A DNA stretch of 64,000 bases from Solihabitans fulvus (GTDB taxonomy: Bacteria > Actinomycetota > Actinomycetes > Mycobacteriales > Pseudonocardiaceae), in the NCBI RefSeq assembly GCF_008386585.1, contig NZ_VUOB01000005.1, positions 40,232 to 104,231 on the forward strand, read 5' to 3'. Below are positions 54,532 to 64,000 of the stretch, piece by piece. Within the stretch, counting starts at the first letter, position 1. The number at the start of each line of letters is the position of its first letter. The notes below the pieces were generated by a model. The model was given only the letters and a program-made list of their open reading frames with translations, was not told where the DNA came from and did no database searches. A program made the position numbers and the translations under genes.

Positions 54532-55890
54532 ATGCGTCGACGTCTGCTGATCGGCATCGCCTTCGTGCTCGCCGCCCTGGTGGGGGCGCCCTCGGCCGGG
54601 TGGGCCGCGCCGGGCGACACCGTGGTCGACGGGACGCTGCCCGACGGCGCGGCCTACCGGTTCGAGGTGCCCGCCGGCTGGAACGGCACGCTGCTGCTGT
54701 TCAGCCACGGCTACCGCGGCCCCGGCAGCCCCAACCCCGCCGCCGACGGGCCCGACGCGCAGACAGACCGGTGGCTGCTGGCGCACGGCTACGCGCTGGC
54801 CGGATCGTCCTACGCCACCACCGGCTGGGCGGTGGCCCAGGCCGTGCCCGACCAGGCCGCCACCGCCGAGCTGTTCGCTGCGCGATTCGGCCACCCGCGC
54901 CGCACCATCGCGTGGGGCTCCTCGCTCGGCGGGCTGGTCACCGGGAGCCTGCTGGACGCGCGTCCCGACCTGGTCACCGGCGCACTGCCGATGTGCGGGG
55001 TCCTCGACCCGGTCGGCGCGTGGAACCAGGCCCTTGACGCGGAGTTCGTGTTCGCGACGCTCGCCGCGCCGACGGCGAACCTGCGGCTGGTCGGCATCAC
55101 CGACCCGGTCGGCAACCTCGCCGGCGCGCAGGCCGCCCTGGACGCCGCCCAGGCCACGCCGCAGGGCCGGGCCCGCATCGCGTTGACCGCGGCGGTCGCC
55201 GACGTGCCGGCGTGGTCGGACCCGAGCGCGCCGGAACCGGCCGCGGGCGACCTGGCCGCGCAGGAGCACAACCAGTACGTCGACCTGCGCGCCGCGGCGT
55301 TCCCGTTCGCGTTCGCGCTGCGGGCCGAGCTGGAGGCGCGGGCCGGCGGGGTCGTGTCGTGGAACACCGGTGTCGACTACCGCCGCCAGCTGGCGCGGTC
55401 GGCGGACCGGTCGCTCGCGCTGGGTCTGTACCGCGCGGCCGGGCTGCCGGTGGAGGCCGACCTGGCGGCGCTGGCGGCGGCGCCGAGGGTGGCCGCCGAC
55501 CGGCGCGCGGTGGCGTACCTGGCGGCCAACCACGAGCCGTCCGGGCGGCTGGCGGTGCCGGTGCTGACGCTGCACACCACGGGCGACGGCCTGGTCGCGC
55601 CCGAGCAGGAACGCGCGTATCGGAACGCGGTGGCCCAAGCCGGGGACGGGCGGCTGCTGCGGCAGGTGTTCGTGCACCGCGCGGGGCACTGCGCGTTCAC
55701 GATGGGGGAGGCGGTGGCGGCGTTGCGGGCGTTGGAGCACCGCCTGGACACCGGGCGCTGGGACGGGGCGACCGAGCCCTCGGCGCTGAACGCGGCGGCC
55801 TCGGCGGTGGGCGGTCCGGTCGCGCCGGCCTTCCTGCGCTACCGACCGGGCCCGCCGGAGCGCACCGAAACGGGTTTGCGCGACGGCTGA
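54532..55890 (+). CDS. Secreted alpha/beta-hydrolase-fold protein
   Basis: Signal peptide (LIGIAFVLAALVGAPSAGWA) and nucleophile elbow GSSLGG. Confidence 0.65.
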   Translation: MRRRLLIGIAFVLAALVGAPSAGWAAPGDTVVDGTLPDGAAYRFEVPAGWNGTLLLFSHGYRGPGSPNPAADGPDAQTDRWLLAHGYALAGSSYATTGWAVAQAVPDQAATAELFAARFGHPRRTIAWGSSLGGLVTGSLLDARPDLVTGALPMCGVLDPVGAWNQALDAEFVFATLAAPTANLRLVGITDPVGNLAGAQAALDAAQATPQGRARIALTAAVADVPAWSDPSAPEPAAGDLAAQEHNQYVDLRAAAFPFAFALRAELEARAGGVVSWNTGVDYRRQLARSADRSLALGLYRAAGLPVEADLAALAAAPRVAADRRAVAYLAANHEPSGRLAVPVLTLHTTGDGLVAPEQERAYRNAVAQAGDGRLLRQVFVHRAGHCAFTMGEAVAALRALEHRLDTGRWDGATEPSALNAAASAVGGPVAPAFLRYRPGPPERTETGLRDG

Positions 55891-55936
55891 GCCCATGACA
55901 CGCTCCTAACGCAACTAAAGTAGCACTAGGAGCGAT

Positions 55937-56709
55937 GTGGCGCAGCGGCACACCCATCCGACGATCACCGAACGACCGGTCTCCGACGCGGCCGCCGGGC
56001 CCTACGGCATCGCCACGGGCCCCGACGGCGCGCTGTGGCTCACGCTCGTGCACGCGGGCGGTGTCGCGCGCCTGGACACCGACGGCACGGTCACCAGCCA
56101 CCGGCTCGACTCGGCGACCTGCCGCCCCATGGTCATCACCGCCGGGCCGGACGGCGCGCTGTGGTTCACCGGGATGAACACCGACACCGTCGGCCGCGTC
56201 ACCGCCGACGGCGAGGTCACCGAGTTCGCGCTGCCCAACCAAGGGCGCCATGGCCTCCTTCATCACCATCGGCCCCGACGGGGGCACTGTGGTGCACCCT
56301 CAACCAGGCCAACGCCGTCGCCAGGGTCGACACCGGCGGCGAGGTGACGATCCACCCGGTGCCCACCGAGGGCGCGGCGCCCGTCGGCATCACCGCGAGC
56401 GGCGACGCCCTGTGGTTGGTGGAGATCGGCGCCGGCCAACTGGGCCGCATCGACACCGACGGCCGCGTCGAAGAGTTCCCGCTGCCCGACCGCGCCGCGC
56501 GGCCGCACGCCATCGTCGCCGGCGCGGACGGGTCGTGCTGGTTCACCGAATGGGGCACCGGCCGCGTCGGCCACGTCACCGCCGACGGCGACATCGACGT
56601 GTACCCGCTGCCCGACCCGCGCAGCGAGCCACACGGCCTGACCGTAGGCCCCGACGGCGCGGTGTACGTGGCGCTGGAAACCGGGTTGGCGGCCCGCCTG
56701 GAACCGTAG
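55937..56709 (+). pseudogene. vgb: Streptogramin B (virginiamycin B) lyase Vgb homolog, disrupted by two +1 frameshifts
   Basis: Vgb beta-propeller repeats (GPYGIATGPDGALWLT; AGPDGALWFTGMNT; EFALPN-; ALWCTLNQAN; DALWLVEIG; ARPHAIVAGADGSCWFTEWG; EPHGLTVGPDG). The reading frame shifts at about 56238 (an extra C in aacc) and at about 56280-56284 (a G5 run). Removing one base at each site restores ...LPNKGAMASFITIGPDGALWCTL... Confidence 0.7.
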
Positions 56710-56820
56710 CGCCATTTCCGACCGACACCCGAACAATCACGGGACGCACGGTGGTGCCCCGACCGGATTCCGGTCGGGGCACCACACGCGATCAGCGAGA
56801 TCGGTGTGTCGGAGGAAACG

Positions 56821-57681
56821 TTACGGCGTGGCGGCCGAAACGGTGATCGTCCGGGTCAGCACATTGTTGGCGGGATTCTTGTCCTTGTAGATCCCACTGG
56901 CCGTGTTCGTGATTGCGGCATCGGTCAGCGGCTTGTCAGCCACTACCTGGACCGTGAATCCCACACCCTGGTGCGGGTGCACCCGGACGCAGGTGCTCAC
57001 AAAAGCCCGATGGTCGCTGACCAGCTCGTCGCAGCCGGCGGTGGCGGAAACGATGCGCAGACCATCCGGCACCTGCACAGTGGTGAAGAGCTGGTCGTAG
57101 ATGTTGCCCAGGCTCTTCGACGCCGCCTCGACGTCGAACACCTGCCCGACCTTGATGTCGGGATCGCCGTGGTTCACGACGAGCTTCGACGCGGCCTGGT
57201 CGCCGTGCGCGTCGACGTAGCCGGCGTCGAAGCCCTTGACCTGCGTGACCGACCCGTCCTCACCCTGGGTGAGGGTGACCGTGGCCTGCCCCGTCGCGGG
57301 ATCGAACCTCGAGTCCCGGTGGTGGTCGCCGTCGGCCGACCACTTCAAGGTGAACCCCAGGTCCGAGAACACCAGATCGTTGGCCTGCACCTGGTAGGTC
57401 CCGCTGGCGAGACCGGTGAAACAGTAGTTGCCGTTGTCGTCGCTGTTGACATAGGTGTAGCCGGGTCCATTGTTGATGCTCAGCAAATCGGCCATGCCGG
57501 GTTCACCGGCGTCACGGCGGCCATTCCCGTTGAGGTCCTTCCACACCGTGCCGCAGATGGAACCGTTCGCCGGCGTGTCGGCGAATGCGGCGCCGGCGGT
57601 CACGATCGGCGCGCCGAACGCGATAGCGGTCGCGACGACTAACGCCGAAGTGCGGACAGCCTTGTGCCCCAACAATCTCAT
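56821..57681 (-). CDS. Secreted SdrD B-like (Cna-B type) domain protein
   Basis: Signal peptide MRLLGHKAVRTSALVVATAIAFGAPIVTAGAAFA, then the motif GTVWKDLNGNGRRDAGEPGMADLLSIN...NGNYCFTGLASGTYQV. Confidence 0.65.
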   Translation of the reverse strand: MRLLGHKAVRTSALVVATAIAFGAPIVTAGAAFADTPANGSICGTVWKDLNGNGRRDAGEPGMADLLSINNGPGYTYVNSDDNGNYCFTGLASGTYQVQANDLVFSDLGFTLKWSADGDHHRDSRFDPATGQATVTLTQGEDGSVTQVKGFDAGYVDAHGDQAASKLVVNHGDPDIKVGQVFDVEAASKSLGNIYDQLFTTVQVPDGLRIVSATAGCDELVSDHRAFVSTCVRVHPHQGVGFTVQVVADKPLTDAAITNTASGIYKDKNPANNVLTRTITVSAATP

Positions 57682-57853
57682 GTTTCCCCCTCTAGAAACG
57701 GTGTCGATCAGGTCGACATCTAGAGGTCGTTCCAGACGCATCGAGGTTGTCGCACGTTATTCAACCGAGATGTTCACGGCATCGCGCGAAGTTCCGACAC
57801 GGCGCAGGCCGTGGCGGCGTGACCGGTCGTCCCGGCCGCGCCGCCACGACCGG

Positions 57854-59140
57854 TCACGCGGCGCGGGGCGTGAAGGTCACCGGGAGCCGCTGGAGGATCC
57901 GCATGCTGGGGCTGGGCCGGTAGCGCAGCTCCGAGGGGTCCACGCCCAGCGCGAGGTTCTCGCACCTGGCCAGGAGCGTGCCGAACCCGATCTCGCCCTC
58001 GGCGTGCGCGAGGGGCATGCCGAAACAGAAGTGCGGGCCGTGGCTGAAGCCGAGGTTGGCGCTGGCGTCGGCGCGGTGGATGTCGAAGATGTCGGGATCG
58101 GGGAACCGGTCGGGGTCGCGGTTGGCGGCGGCGAGGTTGACCGCCACGACCGAGCCGGCCGGGATGACGGTGCCGCCGATGGGCACGTCCTCCACGCTGA
58201 ACCGCATCCACGGGTTCTTCACCGGCGCGTCGTAGCGGATCATCTCGTCGATCGCGCCGGGCAGCAGCGACGGGTCGGCGATCAGCTCCGCCATCTTCTC
58301 GGGGTGGTTCAGCAGCGCGAGGCCGCCGTTGCCGTACATGTTGGCCGTGGTCTCGAAACCGGCCACCAGCACCTGGAACACCATCGCGAGCAGCTCGTTG
58401 AGGTCGAGCTGGTCGCCCTCGTCGTGCAGGTGGATCAGCGCGGTGAGCAGGTCGGTGTCGTGCTCGTCCTCGACGAGCAGCCCCTCCCGCTGCTTGGCCT
58501 GGATGAACTCGGCGAAGTAGTCCCGCGTGACGGCGAAGGCCCGGATGATCTCCTCCGGCGCCACCGCGCCGACCGAGGAGAACGCGGCGGCCCAGTCCCG
58601 CAGATGGGACTGCTCGTCCTGAGGGACGCCGAGCAGCTCGCTGATCACCGCGAGCGGCAGCGGATAGGCCAGCTCCTCCATCAGGTCGGCCTCGCCGCGC
58701 GGCAGGAACTTCCCGATCAGGCCGTCGGTGATCTCCTGGATCCTGGGCCGCAGCTCCCGCACGCGGCGCGGGGTGAAGACCTTGCTGACCATCTTGCGCA
58801 GCCGAGTGTGGTCGGGCGCGTCGGTGGCCAGCATGTAGCGGTCGAAGCCCAGCTGCTCGGTGGCGAACAGCCACGGCCCCTTGGCGCGCACCTCGGCGGT
58901 GGCGTGCCGGCGGTCGTGTTTGATGCGCGGGTCGGCCAGCGCCTGCTTGGCCTCCTCGTACCGGGTGATCAGCCACATCGGCAGCCCGAACAGGACCACC
59001 TCGCGGACGGGGCCGGTCTCGCGCATCTCCTTGTAGAACGGGTAGGGGTCCTGGTTGAACGCCGGTCCCAGCGTGGCGAGGTCCAGCGGCGCGTCGGTCA
59101 GCTGTAGTAGCGACGGTTGTTGTACGTCCACAACACTCAT
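57854..59140 (-). CDS. Cytochrome P450
   Basis: Haem-binding loop FSHGPHFCFGMPLA, ExxR (EMIRYD), and I-helix AGFETT. Confidence 0.9.
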   Translation of the reverse strand: MSVVDVQQPSLLQLTDAPLDLATLGPAFNQDPYPFYKEMRETGPVREVVLFGLPMWLITRYEEAKQALADPRIKHDRRHATAEVRAKGPWLFATEQLGFDRYMLATDAPDHTRLRKMVSKVFTPRRVRELRPRIQEITDGLIGKFLPRGEADLMEELAYPLPLAVISELLGVPQDEQSHLRDWAAAFSSVGAVAPEEIIRAFAVTRDYFAEFIQAKQREGLLVEDEHDTDLLTALIHLHDEGDQLDLNELLAMVFQVLVAGFETTANMYGNGGLALLNHPEKMAELIADPSLLPGAIDEMIRYDAPVKNPWMRFSVEDVPIGGTVIPAGSVVAVNLAAANRDPDRFPDPDIFDIHRADASANLGFSHGPHFCFGMPLAHAEGEIGFGTLLARCENLALGVDPSELRYRPSPSMRILQRLPVTFTPRAA

Positions 59141-59236
59141 CTCCCCCTAGCGTCTGCCCGCGCGAAGGCTGCCCGGCAGTGTGTCGTCGTTGACACCGCG
59201 CGGATACGTCGTTTACGCGCGCACCGCGGGTTTCCC

Positions 59237-60145
59237 TCAACTTCCGTGGCGGCCCGAGATGTCGGCGGCGGCGTCGGTGGCCGCGCGGACGAACGCGGCC
59301 ACCGAGGGCGAGCGGCTGGTCTGCGCCCACGCCACCACGACCGTGCTGGGGCTGATGTCGACCACCGGCACGCACACCAGGTCCGCGCGCGGGTGCAGCG
59401 CGGCGGAGGCCAGCGGCACGAACGCCACGCCCTGGCCCAGCGCCACGACCTCCAACAGCTGTTGGAAGTCGCCGACCTCGGGGCCCTCGGGGGCAGCCGC
59501 GCCGGGCAGGTGGTCCAGGGCCGCGCGGAACAGCGCGTGGCGGGGGCCGGCGGGCGGCCACACCGGCACCGGTTCCCCTGCCAGGTCCGCCCGGCGCAGC
59601 GTGCCCCGGCCGGCCAGCCGGTGGCCGCGCGGCAGCAGGACGCCGCGCGGCTGGGTAGCCAAAACCTCGTGGTCCAGGCCAGCGTGGTCGGGCAGGTCGC
59701 GCAGCAGGGCCACGTCGGCGGCGCCCTCGCGGAGTTCGGCGGCCTGCTCGCCCCAGCCGCCGACAGTCACCCGCGCGGGCGGATGGCCCGGTTCGCGGTG
59801 GTAGCGGGCGAGGACGTCGGCGAGCAGGCCCGCGTCGCCGCCGGGCTTGACCGCGACCACCAGCCGGGGCTGGGGGAGTCCGGCGCGCCGGGTGCGCGCG
59901 GAGGCCGCGGCGGCCGCGTCGAGCACGTGGCGGGCCTGGTCGAGCAGGACCCGGCCGGCGTCGGTGAGTTCGACCCTGCGGGTGGAGCGGCGCAGCAGGA
60001 TCACGCCGAGCTTGCGTTCCATGCCCTGCACGGCCTTGGACAGCGGCGGTTGGGCCATGCCGAGCCGCCCTGCGGCGCGGCTGAAGCTCAGTTCCTCGGC
60101 CAACGCGACGAAGTACCGCAGCTCCCGGATCTCCAGGTCCGCCAT
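59237..60145 (-). CDS. LysR-family transcriptional regulator
   Basis: N-terminal HTH region LRYFVALAEELSFSRAAGRLGMAQPPLSKAVQ, followed by a LysR substrate-binding domain. Confidence 0.9.
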   Translation of the reverse strand: MADLEIRELRYFVALAEELSFSRAAGRLGMAQPPLSKAVQGMERKLGVILLRRSTRRVELTDAGRVLLDQARHVLDAAAAASARTRRAGLPQPRLVVAVKPGGDAGLLADVLARYHREPGHPPARVTVGGWGEQAAELREGAADVALLRDLPDHAGLDHEVLATQPRGVLLPRGHRLAGRGTLRRADLAGEPVPVWPPAGPRHALFRAALDHLPGAAAPEGPEVGDFQQLLEVVALGQGVAFVPLASAALHPRADLVCVPVVDISPSTVVVAWAQTSRSPSVAAFVRAATDAAADISGRHGS

Positions 60146-60256
60146 GCGCCGCAGCCTAGGCCAGTGATATCCACCGGGTATTTATATCGGCGGGGTATTA
60201 GTGCGTGGCCGGTCGGTCTTTCCCTCGCACCGGGCCGCGCTGGTGGACTCGTACCC

Positions 60257-60979
60257 ATGACACTCCCCTCGGACCGTCCCGTCGCGTTGGTCACCGGCGC
60301 CAACCGCGGTATCGGCAAGGAGATCGCGCGCGGCCTGGCCCGCGCGGGCATGACCGTCCTCCTGGGTTCGCGCGACCCCGAGCGCGGGGTCCTCGCGGCG
60401 CGGGAGCTGGCCGCCGACGGCGTCGTGTTCGTCCAGCTGGTGGACGTCACCGACCCCGCCTCGGTCACGTCGACGGCGCAGGCGATCACGCGGCGGTTCG
60501 GACGGCTGGACGTGCTGGTCAACAACGCCGGGATCGCGCAGCGCGGGATCGGCGCGCCGAGCGCGTTCACCGCCGAGCACCTGCGCGTGGTGTACGAGAC
60601 CAACGTGTTCGGCGTGGTCACGATGATGCACACGCTGCTGCCGCTGCTGCGGCTCGCGCCGGCCGCCCGCGTGGTCAACGTGTCCAGCACCAGGGGGTCG
60701 CTGACCGAGCCATCGGCCTTCGGCGGGCAGCCGAACCTGGCGTACTCCACGTCCAAGACCGCCCTCAACGCGTTGACCGTGCACTACGCCAGGGAACTCG
60801 CCGACACCCCGATCAAGGTCAACGCCGCGTCGCCGGGTCACGTCGCGACCGACTTCAACGACCACACCGGCACGCGGACGCCGGAGCAGGGCGCCGCGGT
60901 GGTCGTGCGGCTGGCGACGCTGCCCGCCGACGGCCCGACCGGCGGGTTCTTCAACGACGACCGCGCCGAGTCGTGGTGA
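60257..60979 (+). CDS. SDR-family oxidoreductase (carbonyl-reductase-like), divergent from the LysR gene
   Basis: Motifs TGANRGIGKEIA, NNAG, and YSTSK (YxxxK). Confidence 0.85.
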   Translation: MTLPSDRPVALVTGANRGIGKEIARGLARAGMTVLLGSRDPERGVLAARELAADGVVFVQLVDVTDPASVTSTAQAITRRFGRLDVLVNNAGIAQRGIGAPSAFTAEHLRVVYETNVFGVVTMMHTLLPLLRLAPAARVVNVSSTRGSLTEPSAFGGQPNLAYSTSKTALNALTVHYARELADTPIKVNAASPGHVATDFNDHTGTRTPEQGAAVVVRLATLPADGPTGGFFNDDRAESW

Positions 60980-61091
60980 CGACGCGAGCCCCTTGCCGCT
61001 GCGGCTGTTCGGCTGCTCCACGCCCGCCCGGTCCTGGCTGGGTGCCGTGCGCCACCGCTTACGGCAGCGCACGGCACCCGGACCCCGCGGG

Positions 61092-64000
61092 TCAGGCGAT
61101 CGTGTACTCGTAGGGCAGGCCGGCGAGCTCGCCGCCGGTCATCGTGTTCATCACCGCCCCGCCCAGCGTGGAGCCGTAGTTGAAGTCGTCGACGAACAGG
61201 GTGCCGCGCACCTGCTCACCCGACTTGCCCTGCGGGGTGATCGTCACCGTGATCGTGGTCGAGGCGCCCGGCGCGAGCAGCACCGGCGTCGCCGGGTGGT
61301 CGGCCGCGACCGCCGACCGCCACACGTCGCCGGTGCTGGAGGTGAAGGCCGGGTCGAACAGGCGGGTGTGGGCGGTGCCGGTGAAGGTCACCGTCGCGGG
61401 CGGCGCGGTCCCGGTGAACGGGCCGGGCAGCTCGGCGGTGGCCCACCATGGGCCCGCCGACACCTCGGCCGCCCCGGTCCGCGCCGTGGCGACGGTGCCG
61501 ACCGGGGCGGCGTACAGCTCAGGCTGCCCGGTGGCGTAGTAGGCGTCGATGGTGACCGGCGCGGTGCCGGCCGCCGCGAAGGACACGGCGTCGGTGTGGG
61601 TGGGCACCAGCCACCGTGGCTGCGCGGTCGCCGGCTGCGGCACCGGTATCCCCGTCGTGTCGGTGCCCAGCAGGGTCACGTCGCCGGTCTGGGTGAGGCG
61701 GGCATCGGCGAACACCGCCTCGGGCGCGACACCGGTGTTGGTGACCCGCACCGGCACCGCCACCGGCACGCCGGCCGCGAGGCGCGTGCCGGCGGGCAGG
61801 GCGGGCGCGGACACCTGGACGCTGTTGAACGCGACGCGCGCGGTCAACGGCTGGCTGATCTCCTTGCCGCTGACGGGGTTGGCCAGTTCGACGGTGAGCA
61901 GCCACCGGCCCTGCCGGGGCGCGGCGTGCCACAGCTGCACCGCGCCGGCGAAGGACTCGTGGCCCGCGGCGTCGACGACGTCGGAGCTGGCGTTGCCGGC
62001 GACCTGGCCCTGCGGGTCGAGCAGGTAGGCGCTGAGCACGGTGGTGCGGTCGGGGAAGGTGAGGCTGACGCCGACGTCGCGCAGCCCGGCCGGCAGGTCC
62101 AGCGCGTAGGTCCGCACCTGCGCCGGGGTGCCGTTGCCCCAGCGGCCGTTGCCGCCGGTGAGCGTGTCGGTGAACGTGCCGCCGTGACCGTCCAGGGGCA
62201 CCGGGGCGCGCTGGATCACCGCGACGGACGCGACGTGCCCGAACAGGTCGGTCAGCTGCACCGACAGCGGCCGGTCGCCCGGCACGGTCGGCGCGGCCAG
62301 CCGCACCCCGATCGCGCGCGTCTCGCCCGGCGCCAACACCACCACACCCGTGGTGAGATGGCCGGCGTCGACGGTGTGGGACACCTGGGCGGCGAACTGC
62401 ACGGTGCCCTTGTAGGTGCCGGCGGTCTGCAACACCACCACCCGCCACGTGCCCGCCGCCGGGGAACGCACGTCGACGTGCCCGTAGTCGCCCAGCCCCT
62501 GGGGCAGCGAGTACGCCTGGTACACGCCGTTGGGGTCGATCAACCCGAACCGGGGCTGCGAACCGCGGTAGCCGGCGAAGTACCCGTCCGGCGTGGCGAT
62601 CTCGGCGTCCAGGCGGTCCGCGCCCGCCGGCACCGTGAACGTGCGCTCGGCGTAGACGCGGGTGAAGCCGTAGCCGTCGGCGTAGCGCGGCGCGGCCGGG
62701 TCGGTGGTGTCCAACGGCATCGACAGCGCCGCGACCTGCCTGGCCGGCCCGAACCCGCGCACCGACCCGGTGACCACGCGCGGCAGCGGCGAGGCGTTGG
62801 TGACGGTCACCGACGCCTCCGTGGCGTGCCCGACTGCGCCGGTCACGTCGAGCTGGCCCGGCAGCAGCAGCCCACCGCCGAGCAGACCGCCGCCGGTGCC
62901 GCCGGCCACCGACGCCGCCAGCCGCACCGCGCGGTCGCTGTCGAGCAGCCCGGCGCCCTGCTCCGACGCCGGGTGCCCGAGGTCCTGGGCGGTGCTGGTG
63001 AGGACCTGCTTGACCACCGACGGGCTGGGCCGCGCGCCGCCGTGATGCGCCTGGTAGGCCTGGATCACCAGGGCCGCCGCGCCGGCAACGAACGGCGCGG
63101 ACTGGCTGGTCCCACCGAAGTTCTGGAGCCGCGCGCCCTTCTTGTCGCCGCCGACGCACCCGGTGTAGCGGGTCGTGTCGGGCCCGCACAGCGCCCACCC
63201 CAGGTCACCCGGCGCGACCAGGTCCACGGTCCGGCCGTTCTGGGTGACCCCGGCCGCCGACAGCGCGGAGATGTTGTCGCTGGCCCACGTCCCGTTGCCC
63301 AGGTGGATGCCGCCGTAGCCCAGCTGCGCGTAGGACCGGAACTGGGTGGTCGCGCCAACGGAGATGATGTTCGGGTCCGACGCGGGGGAGCCGATGGTGC
63401 CGTTGGGGCCGCCGTCGCCGCTGCACGCGATGACGGTGACCCCGGCCCGCACGGCCGCGTCGTCCGCGAGCTGCATCGGGTCGGTGCCGTTGTCGGGGTA
63501 GGGGTCGCCGTAGAACGACTCGTTGATCACGTCGACGTAGTCCACGGTCACCGCGTAGTCCACCGCCGCCAGGAACCGGGAACTCGGCGCGAAACCCGAC
63601 CCGCCGAACACCTTCAGCGCGTACAGCGTCGCGTCGGGCGCCATGCCGCGCACCTGGATCGGGCACGGCCGCCCCACGGTGCCCGGCGCGGCCCAGTCGG
63701 TGCCCACGTCGTAGGTGAGTCTGCCCTGCGCGGCGATCGCGCTGGCGTCGCCGAACGCCTCGTCCGCCGACGTCGCCCCGTCGGTGCCCTCGCCGCTGAA
63801 GTCCCGGTAGTCCGCGATCACCGGCGACCCGTCGGCGCGCACCAGGTCCGGGGTGGCCACGTCGATGCCGTCGGCGATGAACGCGACCCGCACGCCCTTG
63901 CCGGTGGCCACCGACCGCGCCTGCGACCGGTTCTGGTCGGCGTAGGCGGTGTGGGTCAGTTGCAGCGCCTCGGGTTCCAGCGACGGAGCCCCGGTCGCGC
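61092..64000 (-). CDS. S8-family subtilisin-like serine peptidase with a large C-terminal extension; N-terminus lies beyond the window
   Basis: Asp-box VAFIADGIDV, Ser-box GGTSQSAPFVAGAAAL. The frame stays open from the track start (GTG 63911) up to nt 64000 with a subtilase-like upstream sequence (...TAYADQNRSQARS). Confidence 0.85.
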   Translation of the reverse strand, partial: ATGAPSLEPEALQLTHTAYADQNRSQARSVATGKGVRVAFIADGIDVATPDLVRADGSPVIADYRDFSGEGTDGATSADEAFGDASAIAAQGRLTYDVGTDWAAPGTVGRPCPIQVRGMAPDATLYALKVFGGSGFAPSSRFLAAVDYAVTVDYVDVINESFYGDPYPDNGTDPMQLADDAAVRAGVTVIACSGDGGPNGTIGSPASDPNIISVGATTQFRSYAQLGYGGIHLGNGTWASDNISALSAAGVTQNGRTVDLVAPGDLGWALCGPDTTRYTGCVGGDKKGARLQNFGGTSQSAPFVAGAAALVIQAYQAHHGGARPSPSVVKQVLTSTAQDLGHPASEQGAGLLDSDRAVRLAASVAGGTGGGLLGGGLLLPGQLDVTGAVGHATEASVTVTNASPLPRVVTGSVRGFGPARQVAALSMPLDTTDPAAPRYADGYGFTRVYAERTFTVPAGADRLDAEIATPDGYFAGYRGSQPRFGLIDPNGVYQAYSLPQGLGDYGHVDVRSPAAGTWRVVVLQTAGTYKGTVQFAAQVSHTVDAGHLTTGVVVLAPGETRAIGVRLAAPTVPGDRPLSVQLTDLFGHVASVAVIQRAPVPLDGHGGTFTDTLTGGNGRWGNGTPAQVRTYALDLPAGLRDVGVSLTFPDRTTVLSAYLLDPQGQVAGNASSDVVDAAGHESFAGAVQLWHAAPRQGRWLLTVELANPVSGKEISQPLTARVAFNSVQVSAPALPAGTRLAAGVPVAVPVRVTNTGVAPEAVFADARLTQTGDVTLLGTDTTGIPVPQPATAQPRWLVPTHTDAVSFAAAGTAPVTIDAYYATGQPELYAAPVGTVATARTGAAEVSAGPWWATAELPGPFTGTAPPATVTFTGTAHTRLFDPAFTSSTGDVWRSAVAADHPATPVLLAPGASTTITVTITPQGKSGEQVRGTLFVDDFNYGSTLGGAVMNTMTGGELAGLPYEYTIA

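Noticed and set aside
51551-55896. 609-aa (-), 642-aa (+), 516-aa (-), 402-aa (+) and 553-aa (-) ORFs
   Set aside because: Alternative frames of the MFS, monooxygenase and hydrolase genes, with RG-rich translations.
55935-56846. Treating 55937-56347, 56035-56709 and 56250-56846 as three separate genes
   Set aside because: They are the three frames of a single frameshifted vgb homolog. See the vgb finding.
57470-61077. 545-aa (+), 595-aa (-) and 620-aa (+, N-terminal part) ORFs and the 296-aa (-) ORF
   Set aside because: Antisense or off-frame to the P450, LysR and SDR genes.

Overview
The window reads as a contiguous 64-kb stretch of a very high-GC (about 70%+) actinomycete chromosome, probably Pseudonocardiales- or Streptomycetales-like. 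It is densely packed with about 70 protein-coding genes on both strands. I saw no rRNA, tRNA, CRISPR array or recognisable IS/transposase. The high GC produces many long spurious ORFs in non-coding frames; I kept only frames supported by recognisable domain or motif content, start/stop coupling with neighbours, ribosome-binding sites and GC3 bias.

The main content falls into six groups:
- Coordinates 1-2.2 kb: a phosphotransferase and acyl-CoA dehydrogenase pair.
- Coordinates 2.2-11.4 kb: two peptide-antibiotic-type sensing/efflux modules. One is a MacB/FtsX-type ABC pair with an OmpR-family two-component system. The other is a NarL-family two-component system with an ABC-2 pair.
- Throughout: many small regulator-plus-enzyme cassettes, of TetR, MarR, ArsR, LysR, AraC, ECF-sigma and CGNR types, several with clear palindromic operators.
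- Coordinates 51-54.5 kb: an ArsR / MFS / FAD-monooxygenase cassette that looks like a resistance cassette.
- Coordinates 55.9-56.7 kb: a double-frameshifted streptogramin B lyase (vgb) gene.
- Coordinates 28.5-32.6 kb: an NfeD-SPFH operon that has been split by three inserted genes.

The most interesting item is a compact lanthipeptide locus at 16.7-19.5 kb. An 878-aa trifunctional synthetase is followed 14 nt downstream by a 46-aa Cys/Ser/Thr-rich precursor ORF. That ORF is too short to appear in the supplied ORF track, but it has a perfect Shine-Dalgarno sequence, about 91% GC3 and an LxLQ leader motif. The synthetase has a lyase domain, a Ser/Thr kinase domain, and a LanC-like cyclase domain whose Zn-ligand motifs are intact. 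A degenerate quinone-oxidoreductase remnant and a strong bidirectional hairpin mark one edge of the locus. A membrane pentapeptide-repeat protein and an S9-peptidase/LD-carboxypeptidase operon, which is a candidate leader peptidase, lie on the other side.

All coordinates are from manual reading and may be off by 1-3 nt. Several start codons are ambiguous between GTG, TTG and ATG.
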